Shown here piece by piece: positions 1 through 10,902 of a stretch of 26,514 nucleotides of DNA. How positions within the stretch are numbered: the first letter of the stretch is position 1; the number at the start of each line of letters is the position of its first letter. A program made the position numbers and the translations under genes. The stretch spans positions 1 to 26,514 of the forward strand of contig JAQGDQ010001759.1 of NCBI GenBank assembly GCA_030141605.1. Reading direction: 5' to 3'. The stretch is from Tubiluchus corallicola (lineage: Eukaryota; Animalia; Priapulida). The notes below the pieces were generated by a model. The model was given only the letters and a program-made list of their open reading frames with translations, did no database searches and was not told where the DNA came from.

Positions 1-488
1 TCCCATTGCATCATGTTCACTAATCCCCTAACGCGTACCACCAGCGCTGTATTTCCTCATCGACGGTTAATAGAATACGCAGCTTAGTACTTTCTCAGAC
101 ACAGCCCGGCCATATTGTTTAATGCCAGCTGGTACAGATGTGCATTCTTAAGTGCATCAGTATGTTTTAGAAATTTGGACACACCTTCCATTGCATTTTT
201 TTGTCTGCATTTTTAGTTCAACGATATCCATTAAACAATTAAGCGCAATTTGAAGTTCAAGAACAAAGCTTTTGCATGACGGAAAATTCCCTTACATATA
301 GTAATCAACGGATTGTATTAGCTACTTATAAATTGTAGGTTTGTTGGCGTTTATTTTTATTATTAATATTATATTCTGACAGTTGTCAAACATTAATTTT
401 GTAGCTGACGAAAAATTTGATACATATGATTTTTCTCTGAGGAAAAAAATTGATTTGAAATTCTATCATTAGAAAATAAAGTCAGTGC
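1..488 (-). repeat. Inverted copy of 2168-2652 (left fold-back arm)
   Basis: The reverse complement aligns along its whole length (e.g. ACAGCCCGGCCATATTGTTTAATGCCAGCTGGTACAGAT), with many small indels. Confidence 0.95.
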
Positions 489-635
489 ATTCTTTAAAAT
501 CATTTCTTCTTCCCCTTTGAGAATGTCTTTAACTAACACTGTTTTAACTGCCAGTTGTAAAATGTTACTAAAAATTCAAAATAAGGAAAAAACATTGGAA
601 ATCTACCAAGTGAGCCAACAGAGATAGACCAATTA

Positions 636-1317
636 CAGTAGGCGCCGCTTAATAGACTCACGGTTAATAGACTCAGCGACTAAATTGACTCAAAAACGCC
701 TGGTATGGGTCGTTTCTATTCAAATGTACTGTATATAAAAACTGTCAGTAATTGACTCAATATTTTTCTCAATAGACCAAAAACTGACTCGGTATTTTTC
801 CTTTAAATGAGGCATTTGTATGTGCCCAAAGAGCTTTTCCTACTCTTACGTCACCTTTACTTTGCTTTTGTGCACTATAATATGTCTAGAAACAATCATG
901 TTAAGTACCGTATTGTTTGTAAGCAGGTACGTTTATCATGCACTAATACGCTAGCATAGCAGTTTTGCTTTGAATCTGTTACCTGCAATTAGCCTCGTTA
1001 CCCAAGAATTTCTGGAAGCTAAACATTTAATCTCTTGTCTAGTGGTTTCCTTTTGAAGCTCTCGCTGCAAATCACGCTTAATCAGTTATAATCAAAGATG
1101 CAGGTACAGTAATCAGCCAGTATTCCTTCATCCAGTAATCAGCCAATAAAAATGAAGTAGTCCACTTTGAAGGATTTTTTGTAATTTTTGCAAATTAACA
1201 GACGTGTAATTTAGAAAAGTATACTTTTTAATTTATAGCTAGTTCACTTATATAAATTAATATTTCAAACTTGTATACTCGTATACCAGTAATACTACAC
1301 CCATCGGTTAATAGGTT
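636..1317 (+). mobile_element. Truncated copy of the pogo/Tc1-mariner-type MITE at 7540-8514
   Basis: TA|CAGTAGGCGCCGCTTAATAGACTCAC left end. Colinear with the 7540 copy until CCATCGGTTAATAGGTT; right TIR missing. Confidence 0.8.
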
Positions 1318-2753
1318 TTATATAAATTTAAGTATACTGACATTAAATGCATTTTACTTCAATTCCAACAGCATTTTCTTAAAGAACAGTACTTTTCTTG
1401 GGAGGGAGAATCAATACTAAACTGGTGGAAAGGAATGATAGCAAAGTTAGAAGTGCAATACACGCCCCGTCACCAACCCTTGCTGTTCACACTTGGTTAA
1501 ATAAGCAACCAGCTTAGGCTTATCTAGTTTATGGCAAAGTCTATACACTGCAGTTTCAGTCTTTTCCTCAATGATCGCATTGCAAACAGAAAGGACTAGT
1601 CACGTAGCAGCTTCTGGTTGCCATAACAACTAGCTGAAGCCAAAGTTACATCACAATGCTTAAAGGAAACAAGCTTCCTCTGTCTGAGTTGTGCAGATGA
1701 TTAATTACCGATGTAGAGGTAAGAAATAAGAGAAGCCCCACAAGGTGATAAAAGTCACCTGAGAAATGGCACGATGCTGAAATGATAATGACAACTGCTA
1801 CCCATTTATGCACTACCACTCTTAGGAACAGATATGATTGGTATTGTTTAGATTATAAAATGGCAAAAAACAATACAGGGGGTTGATGCTGTCAAACGGT
1901 GATTGAAGAAACAGAATAAAATATTAAAAAATTCAAAGTTATTTTAGTAGATGCTGAGCAATTTATAGTCATACGGTAATTTGTCACAACAATATTTCAC
2001 AACTGTAATATAATAACAGTAAAAAAAATGAATTTACTTTTCTACAATAAAATGAAATAAATGTATGCATTATCAGTGCTGTTAACTAAACTTCGTAAAA
2101 ACCCTACAGCATTCATATAGAAAGAGGAATACATGTTTGAAAAAAAGAACGATAAAGATAAAATTCAGCACCGACTTTATTTTCAATGACAAATTTCAAA
2201 TCAATTTTTTTCCTCAGAGAAAAATCATATGTATCAAATTTTTTTCGTCAGCTCACAAAAATTAATGTTTGACAACTGTCATAAATATAATACTAATAAT
2301 AAAAATAAACGCCAACAAAACCTACAATTTATAAGTAGCTATCACAATCCGGTTGATTACTATATGTAAGGGAATTTTCCCGTCATGCAAAAGCTTTGTT
2401 CTTGAACTTCAAATTGCGTTTAATTGTTTAATGGATATCGTTGAACTAAATGCAAAGACAAAAATGCAATGGAAGGTGTGTCCAAATTTCTAAAACATAC
2501 TGACGCACTTAAGAATGCACATCTGTACCAGCTGGCATTAAACAATATGGCCGGGCTGTGTCTGAGAGTACTAAGCTGCAGCATTATTCTATTAACCGTC
2601 GAGGAAATACAGCTGGTATGTTAGGGGATTAGTGAACATGATGCAACGGGGAGAGTTTCATTATAGGTCTTGATTTCCTCGGTACCTCAGCTTGAAAGAA
2701 AACAGTCAAATATTTTAACGCATGTGCTGCATTCAAAATACTATATAGGGTTA

Positions 2754-3466
2754 CAGTAAGTCCTTGCTTAACGACTTTCGTTTTAATGATGCTGAACATT
2801 TGACACCTTTTCCTCACTTAACAATGCACGTTTCACTTTAACGATGATTTTTTTACTTTGCTCAAAGTCATTTTTTATTTTATCATCTACCTATCATTTA
2901 CCTACTTTTTACATTAAAAACGGTATATATTTCATTACTATGTTCTAAAAACATACTACTAATGTAAAACACTACAATCATTATTTGTTTTTGCTTACTG
3001 ACCGACTACGCACTAAATGCTAGCTGCTCGTAACCTGGTTCAAAACTTTAAGTTAAGCAAATTTCTTTGCAACATGTTTCTATAGCAACCAACTAGTACT
3101 ACATTCACGAAATTATCTCAAGATCCCTCCAGGGCTTGGCTTTCATTACGCAGTGTTGAGCCGCTAACTGACTACATATAGGGCTTCAACATTAAAGAAA
3201 GAGAAACCGCCAGCAAGTCTAGCTAGGTATTGGTAAGAAAGATATGTAGTTTCAGGCAAACAGAAAGAAATTAAACACTAGAAATATGAATAAACCTCAT
3301 AAAACGCTTAATTTTTACGATTCAATCAGCATAGATGTTTACCTCTAGAATGTATCTCAATTGTTTGACATTATTTTCTACGGAATCTTGGTTTTGTTTA
3401 ACGGCATCTTGCTTAACGTCACGTTTTGCTGGAATGCATTAGCGTCGTTAAGCGAGGACTTACCTG
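2754..3466. mobile_element. Tigger/pogo-like non-autonomous DNA transposon (MITE)
   Basis: TIRs CAGTAAGTCCTTGCTTAACGAC ... GTCGTTAAGCGAGGACTTACCTG; TA on the left flank; subterminal CTTAACG repeats. Confidence 0.8.
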
Positions 3467-3967
3467 ACAAAACTGAGGTCATTTGAACTAACGAAACTTG
3501 TCAAGTTACAGGTGCGACTTCAAAGCCTTGCTTCAAATGTGACCAAGTCATTAACCTAGGATGACAATGGGTCCCGGACCAACCGAATTTTTGTGCCAAA
3601 TTTCACTGCTCATTCGTCATTGCGATTTGAATGTCGCTAAGTCCCAGTGTTATACAAATAAACCAGGCTTTGTTCAAAACAGAAACCAATGTCTAAATTA
3701 TAGGTCTCATACAAGGAAAACATGTGGAGAAAGGAAAACTTGCAAATACGTACAGCAGTTACGCGAACAGACGCAATGTCTCGATGGCTCGATTTTCAGT
3801 CACAACTTTAAAGAATCGATATCAACTGCTGCGAATGTGCTGTGAATTAAACCAACACATCTTAAGGATTTCAAATGTCACTTTGTCCTTTCTTTGGGAT
3901 TGTCTTGTAAGCCCTGTGAGATGAATCACAATCCCGAAAGGGCATTTGAGACTACTCCTTTCTTTAT

Positions 3968-3986
3968 TCATTTGTATGATACGGCC
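3968..3986 (-). CDS. TMEM216: TMEM216 terminal coding exon (RAVSYK*)
   Basis: catttctttttag|G GCC GTA TCA TAC AAA TGA, with AATAAA overlapping the stop. An alternative acceptor exists at 3913. Confidence 0.6.
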
Positions 3987-6900
3987 CTAAAAAGAAATGA
4001 TGCAATTAAACTAACTGACTGTTAAAAAATGGCGCCTCCAGGAAAGTTTAAATTTAAAGAAAAATTTAGGTACCATTTTACATACCTTACAAAAGTTATG
4101 ATGGATAATAAGCCGAAAATCACTTCTAAGCCGATGAAGGCAAGAGAGATGGAGATCAGTATCACCTCGATGCGCAACACGTATGTTTGCCATAACACCA
4201 TGTAGACGAAGCCAAGTACCGTGGCAAAACTGAGAAGCAACGAAAGACCAACGGCCATACTACGCTCTGTTAGATTACCCTTTTGACCTAACAAGGACAT
4301 GAAATGTGTAATTATTATAATGCCTGTATACCTGGTTAGAAGAGCGCTGTCATTGTGTTAATGTCAGTATTCTTTCACAAACCACTAATATTCTCAATAA
4401 AACATTATACATTACTCATAAAAATGCTGTGTTATCGATAAATATGTGTTCATAAAAACTTGTTAAAAAGTTGCTTGAAGGAAGCCAGGATGATTTTTCA
4501 TCTACTACCCCATTTTCAGGTTTGTTAAAAGTATACATTTTAACACAATGAATACTGCAAAAGCATTTCTGATAATTAAATCATAGCTCAAAAACTTAAT
4601 TAATGGCAGGCAAGCCAACTATTGATGACATCACAAACTAACATAATTTTCAGCAGCAAAATATTCCACGAGCGTGTTGCACATGTTTGCGAAAATGAAA
4701 ATTGAAGAACAGTGCTACTGTAAGATATTCAGTGTGATGTACTAAAACTAAGTTTTAAGATAAAAATTCAAATTTCAAATTTACAGCTGTGCTCACGCAT
4801 GAGCTGTCGAACGTGTGTAGTTCGTCACAAACTAACATATCTGAACAGAGAGGCATACAGCACCTGTTTTTTGTGCAATGCGTTTCCAAAGTGCAGGCAC
4901 TAGTGCCCGTCTAACTAGCGATTGGCAAAATGCATGTAACAGCGAAGAACTAGCGGTGCGCACGCGAAATTGTGTTTGTGTGGAAATAATTCTTTCACGT
5001 AAGGCATTTTTGAAAAAAATAGAATGTTCCCTTTCAATATTTTAAAGAGTAGATTGTTTTGACCTACTGTTTAAGATTGGGTCCGGTTTTGCTTTGAGGA
5101 AAATCAAAGGTGTTTACCTAGAAAAATGCGAAGTCCCTCCAAACTTCCTAGCAGGATCACCAAAATAATCTCTGCAGCTAGGTTTCCTTTTCGATAAGGA
5201 AGTGTTTCACCTATAAATAAATATGTTACACAAAATCATTTAACTTAATATTATCGCAGGAATACAGGAAAAGCGCAAAACTGGTAATTATACATTGCTT
5301 CAAGTTAGGAAAGTCCGTTGTTATCTGTCACTAGAAACTGCAAAAGTTACTACCCACTCACTTGTAACTAGTCATTTTGATTATTGCAATTCTCTGTTAT
5401 GTGGTCTTCCAGATTTTTGTATAAATTTACCGCGGGGCTTTCAAAATGAAACAGCTAGGGCAGTGGCAGCTCATAGTTAAAATTAGTGGGGTTGCTGCTT
5501 CAGAAAATTTTCAGCTATTGTTTTAATACTGTGTAAAACGAAACAAAAATATGTAATTTTAATTTTGTAACTTGTAATTGTAATTGTAATTTTAAACAAA
5601 CAAATGTACAAAAATTTATACATAAACTTAATAGAATGTTAAAAAAATTTTGCTTACGAATAGCCTAAATTATCGCAATTCAAGAATATGCCGGCACATG
5701 GTTTTTAAGCATGTGACAACTGACACCAGACTGTGTGAGCAACAATACTGTCTCTACGTAGCAGTAGACGCTAGCAGTGCAGAGTACAGCATCTTATCTC
5801 AGACAGCATGTGCACAACAGCCAAACATCTCATTGCTGGAGCTGTGAGTGCACGAAGCAAACAGTACTACCCTCACATGCTCTGGTTCTATACAAGTATA
5901 ACAAAAAGAACTAAAGAAAAAAGAATTATTATACTGAATATTATTGATAATATTGAGTGAATAGGGGGTGCTTCAGTTCCACAGTACCCATACACGAGCA
6001 GCCACTAAACTAGGATAATTTTGTATACCTTGGAAATGCCATCTAAAGCCAATGTCTTTATCAGATATAACGCCATATTTAAAATTCTATGCGTTGCTTG
6101 CAAATGCTTACACAATATGGCTCCACATTAATTATCAAATCTTCTTAAAGTAAAAGCTTTATCAGTTAAGACACACTCCAGTGCTCAGGCTGAACAAGGA
6201 ATAACTCTAGAAGTAGCGTTTAATCGTTGTGAAACTTTTGCAGACAGATCTTTTTCTGTAGCTGGTCGCAGAGAATGGAACACACTCCCACTTGATTTGC
6301 ATTGTTGCAATAAATTTAATGCATTCAACAAAAAACTCAAGACTCGTCTATTCATTTTAACCCTTTTGAACTAAGTTTTCTACAACTATTGTATTACTTC
6401 GTGTTGGTGCAGTGTTTGACTTACGTTCGCTGGGCTTCATTGCGATTTGTTAACATTTCAACTATAATACTGACTCTGTAGTTACATGCCGCTATTTGTA
6501 GTTTGCACAGTGGTATAAACTTGTATAATAATAATGATGATGATGATAATAATACCAATAATAATAATAACAATAATAATGATGACAGTACAGGGAAATA
6601 TTGTACATATCTTTAATTTGCAAACTGCAATGACACAAAAATAAAAAATCTTATCGATAAAACAGTTCTATTTCGTAGATCATGACTGAATATCTACTAG
6701 ACTTTGGATTGTAAAAAAACTACAGTTGGAGTTACAAAACTGAAAGTTTCATAAATATGGGAAAGATATTACTAGTTTTATACCTAAGCAATGACTTATG
6801 ATAAAGACTTACAAAGTGAATCAATAACTTTGAATTTAGGCACATGTTCTAGCTAGAAGAAAATTGAAAAATAATACCACTTTACGTACATACCTTTGTA

Positions 6901-9900
6901 GATGAAAACCAGCAGTTCAGCAAGAACAAATGCACCAGCATACCAGCCATTGAGAAACAATAAGATCTGATACGGCAAAGACGACCTCTAAGTACAACAG
7001 TCAAGGAGCAAATTTACTACTGTAAAGTTATTCATAAAATTTAACTACAATGTTAAACCTTAACTTTCTAGTTTCTACATGCCAGTTAAGTTTGGCCATT
7101 AACTGTTGTTGTCAACTCTCTTGCAAAAGTGAAACTATAATCTTTTACAGCACATAATTTACTAGAAAGAAATTCTGCATGGCTTCTTGCATTACTATCG
7201 TGAGCACAAAGCAAACAGTCAATGATGAAAAATTGCTGATGCTGTTCACTGTAATCAGTACGCGTTAGAAAACTATAATTCGACAGAAAACAGTAAAATA
7301 AATGCTGATGAAGCAAATTGTGGTTGTGCTTTGGCAGACAGCAGATATGTACATAATCATTGACGCAAGACCCAGAAGTACAATTGTAAGTTAAACTAAT
7401 TTAGCAACAACAAAATCAGGAAAAAGATGAAAGAAACATGCAGGATAGATTGAAATAAAAGCTAAGAGAAAAGGTTAATGCGGTCGACCAGTGGAAAATC
7501 TTTTAGTAGTACCAATAAAATTCTGAACTAAGTTAAATACAGTGGGCGCCGCTTAATAGACACACAGATAATAGACTCAATCGCTTAATTGTCTCAAAAA
7601 CGCCAGGTACGGGCCGCATCTATTCAAATGTACATAAAAGCTGTGGGTAACTGACTCAATATTTTTGCTTCACATGCTTCAATAAGACACTTTCGTGTGA
7701 CAAATAAGCTTTTATGACTCTTATATCATCTTAGTTCGCTTTTGTCCTATAATATACATAGAAACAATCACGTTAAGTACTGTTTTGTTTGTAAGCAAGA
7801 ACAATTATCATACGCTAGTATGCCAGCCTAATGGTTTGTTTGACCCACCCGTCCACTGCAATTAACCTGGTTACCCAAGAATTCCTGGAAGCTAAACATT
7901 TAATCACTTGCTTAGCCCTTTGCTTTTGAAGGTCTGTCTGTCTTCGCCAGAAAGTTTAATCAGTTAGTTGCTGCTGTTATGCTAAGGACACAGATATAAA
8001 TACAGTACAGTACATCATGATAGCAAGCGGGAGCTTAGACGAAACTACAGACAAAGGTGCGGCGAAACAGTGGCACCACCAACCATTTAGGCACGCCAAG
8101 CACTACGTATTTTATCAGAATTTGTGCATCACACAACAACAGATTTTCGATGTTTTTATCATTATGAGAACTTTGTGTGAGCCAACTTCTTTGCGATAAA
8201 ATGAAGCAGCCAGCGAATTTTGAAGGAATTTTTGTAATTTTTGCAAATAAACAGACTTGTGTGATTCAGAAACTATACTTTTTATTTTATTACTAATTCA
8301 CTTATATAAATTAATATTTTAAAATATTTTTTCTAATTTTTAACTGCACAAAGGAATTTACTTCATTTCTAAAATTCATTAAAAACCTTTGCAGTGCATA
8401 GTGAGCTGGTGACTCTATACCAGCAATACTACGCCCATCGGTTAATAGGTTCAGTCGGTTAATTGGGTCAAAACACGTCGGTCCCAAAGTGAGTCTATTA
8501 AGCGGCGTCTATTGTAAATTGTAACTGCAATATGCATAACGACACTTATTTATTGGAAGGTGCTGCCCTCTACGAGCAGTGCGGAGAGGAAAGAACAGGA
8601 GGAGAACAATGATGGTCGCATTTTTATTTAAAGCAATTTTTTATGGTTATTGTGTTATAGTTAATAACAGCGTTTAGTTATTACCAAATTTGTACCTTGA
8701 GAAATTTTAAATCTTGACGAAGAGCCAACGATGTAAGTTACATGAATTTAGATAATTTAATTAAGTTTACGTATTCGATCTCTGAAATTTGAGAAAGTAC
8801 TTTTACCAATAAGTTGACTTTTACGTATTCGATCTCTGAAATTTGAGAAAGTACTTTTACCAATAAGTTGACTTTTACGTATTCGATCTCTGAAATTTGA
8901 GAAAGTACTTTTACCAATAAGTTGACTTCTTCTTGATTATTAAGCTTCTGTTTATGATTCTAGTTATTTTCTTACTTGTTAATGTTCTCTTTATTATTCT
9001 CTTTAGAATAAACGATTTTGGAACATGAACGAAATAGTGAAGGCTTTCTGTACATAACAGTAAATGATGGTCATTTACTGGAAAGACAAAGGAAGCATAT
9101 AAATTACCAAAATTGCACTGCAATTGCTCTTCTCTCACTGCAGACACGGGGCTGACAAGCAAATGTTTCACATTTTCAGTATGATGCAGATACTACAGAT
9201 ACGTCTACAGCAAGCAATAATACCAATGCCGTCCCTACAACACTGATCGTTTAGAGGACACCAAATTTTGGTTATTCAAAGAAATTTTATTATTATCACA
9301 AATGCAGTTAAGAACAGCAGGAGAATACTTAACAAGCAGTAATACATACAAGCTGTTTAGCACCTTCTGTAATGTCATTACAGTTTAATAAATTCACTTA
9401 CTGATTCGCTCAGTGTAGCCTATAAGCACAAACTGGGAAATTAATCAAAAAACAGGAAAATGATCACAGCACTTATTCAGCAAAAACAGGACAAATAAAA
9501 TTCAATGGGAGCAAAGTTCAGTAACATCATTTACCCGTCAACATACACTGTCATCACAGGTGGCTGTTTTGAATTAATTGAATTAGTTTTCTCGTCAAAG
9601 AGGTAATTTCACATTTCACCTTGGTACATATTTTTGTACATGTGCAATGTCGACTGCTTTGACTTACGAGTTTGGATGTCTTGTGAACAGTGGCGGCTCG
9701 TAGTTAAAATTAATGGGGTTGCTGCTTCAGAAAATTTTTAGCCATTGTTTTAATACTGTGTAAAACGAAAAACAAACATACATAATTTTAATATTGTAAT
9801 TACTAATTGTGATTTTAAAGAAACAAACAAACGAAAATTTATACATAAACTTGATAAAATCCTAAACTAAAAAGTTTTTGTTTATGAATAGCCTAAATTG

Positions 9901-10902
9901 CCGCAGTTTATGCTGGTACACGGTTTATCTAGACATGTGCGCATGGTCGCACGTGCACAACACCCAAACACACCACCGTGCTGGGCCGTGAAGCAAACAG
10001 TACTACCCTTACGTGCTCTAGTACCATACAGGTATAAAGAAAGAACTAGAGAAAAAAAATTTATTATATTGAATATTATCGATAATACTGAGTGAAAATA
10101 GGAGGTGCTGCAACTCTACAGTACCTGTACACAAGCCGCCACTGCTTGTGAACAAAAACTGTGTTGACTTATTGCTGATGTAATTTAGTGGTGGGGGTGG
10201 GGATGGGTGGAAATGACACTAACTGCAACAGCATATTGTTATAACAACTGACATGCGGCATCAGTGAATCACTTTACTGTTACCAATTTACAGATGTGGC
10301 ACAGGAAATTTACAAAGGATACGACAACTGCTGTAGAACCTGTAAAAAAGTTGAAGTTTATAATTACAATATAAATTCAAATTTTGACGAGATTTACCCA
10401 TGACCATGATTTTGTTACATGTCACGTGTTTTAATTTTGTCAAGTACACCATTCTGTAAGGTAGCCTATTGTTGTTTTACTTTAACAGTACAGTAGGCGC
10501 AAACAAACATTATGATACCACTAATCACTATTGGCCAGTAACCTCATCTGTGATAATAAGATAGCGAAATCTAAAAACACATTATATGACTATCTGAAAA
10601 CTAGTGTTACTAACACAGCACTTAAATACCATTGAATTCAAGTTCAAATATAAATTCAGTTTATTTTACGCAGCAAACTGCAACATTACCAATTATTACA
10701 GCATTAGCAAAAAAAATAAATTCAATGAATGTGCTTGTAACCCAAGTTGTTACTTAGAAATAGAGAAAAATTTATTATCTAATAAAACGACAGCTTATAT
10801 GATACATGTTTAAACTACAGAATTGATGCAAGTAATATGAAATACAAAAAACTCTTGAAAAATTTATTGAGTGATAAAATGTTTTTTCATACCTGGCGCC
10901 AT
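3968..10902 (-). CDS. TMEM216: TMEM216/TMEM80-family (Transmemb_17, MKS2-like) ciliary transition-zone membrane protein; 6 coding exons, 435 nt, 144 aa
   Basis: Manual splicing gives one open frame with all GT-AG junctions in compatible phase: MAPGSTAVV-RSSLPYQILLFLNGWYAGAFVLAELLVFIYK-GETLPYRKGNLAAEIILVILLGSLEGLRIFL-GQKGNLTERSMAVGLSLLLSFATVLGFVYMVLWQTYVLRIEVILISISLAFIGLEVIFGLLSIITFV-RAVSYK*. It has the family motifs SSxP..IL.FLNGWY, YKG..LPY, G.KGNL and QTYVLR.E, and four hydrophobic segments. Confidence 0.92.
4086..4287 (-). CDS. TMEM216: TMEM216 exon 5 (GQKGNLTERS...QTYVLRIE...TFV)
   Basis: Core of ORF 4022..4300; ccttgttag|GT...GTAAG|gtatgt, 202 nt. Confidence 0.93.
4479..5093 (-). mobile_element. 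Kolobok-like MITE, copy 1
   Basis: Reverse-complement homolog of 23243-23854; AG...CT termini; flanked on both sides by TTGA. Confidence 0.78.
5118..5210 (-). CDS. TMEM216: TMEM216 exon 4 (GETLPY...LRIFL)
   Basis: ttatttatag|GT...CTAG|gtaaac, 93 nt, phase 1-1, with LPY and E..R.F motifs. Confidence 0.92.
5295..6585 (+). mobile_element. 5'-truncated, decayed L2/CR1-group LINE (ORF2 C-terminus, 3' UTR, (TAA/TGA)n tail), interrupted by a hAT MITE
   Basis: HSLVTSHFDYCNSLLCGLP...QNETAR before the insertion; FKILCVACKCLHNMAPH*LSNLL...DRSFSVAGRREWNTLP...FNKKLKTRLF after it; simple-repeat tail at 6525-6585. Confidence 0.85.
5461..6007 (+). mobile_element. hAT-like MITE, copy 1 (nested in the LINE)
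   Basis: CAGTGGCAGCTCAT...ACGAGCAGCCACTA ends; degenerate 8-bp TSD AGCTAGGG/AACTAGGA; homologous to 9688-10144. Confidence 0.8.
6894..6987 (-). CDS. TMEM216: TMEM216 exon 3 (RSSLPYQILLFLNGWY...FIYK)
   Basis: tccttgactgttgtacttag|AGG...AAAG|gtatgt, 94 nt, conserved family motif. Confidence 0.92.
7540..8514 (+). mobile_element. pogo/Tc1-mariner-type MITE, complete
   Basis: ~26-bp TIRs CAGTGGGCGCCGCTTAATAGACACAC / GTGAGTCTATTAAGCGGCGTCTATTG; TA TSD on both sides. Confidence 0.88.
8766..8928. repeat. 54-bp tandem repeat, 3 identical copies
   Basis: TTACGTATTCGATCTCTGAAATTTGAGAAAGTACTTTTACCAATAAGTTGACTT starts at 8767, 8821 and 8875. Confidence 0.95.
9688..10144 (+). mobile_element. hAT-like MITE, copy 2
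   Basis: TIRs CAGTGGCGGCTCGT...ACAAGCCGCCACTG; perfect 8-bp TSD CTTGTGAA (9680-9687 and 10145-10152). Confidence 0.9.
10323..10339 (-). CDS. TMEM216: TMEM216 exon 2, 17-nt microexon (GSTAVV)
   Basis: cttttttacag|GTTCTACAGCAGTTGTC|GTATCCTTT. It restores frame between exon 1 (phase 1) and exon 3 (phase 0). Confidence 0.8.
10893..10902 (-). CDS. TMEM216: TMEM216 coding exon 1 (ATG GCG CCA G)
   Basis: Minus strand reads aacaaATGGCGCCAG|gtatga: good Kozak context and donor. Phase 1 matches the microexon. Confidence 0.75.

Larger units (their letters stand above)
6988..10322 (-). other. U12-type (minor spliceosome) GT-AG intron 2 of TMEM216
   Basis: 5' splice site GTATCCTTT (10322-10314); branch point TCCTTGAC (7007-7000) ending 12 nt before the intron 3' end; no strong polypyrimidine tract. 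Confidence 0.88.

Noticed and set aside
1709-1758. Apparent hydrophobic minus-strand exon (tttctcag...gtaatt)
   Set aside because: No compatible neighbouring exons or recognisable family, and it lies in a low-quality region near the window end.
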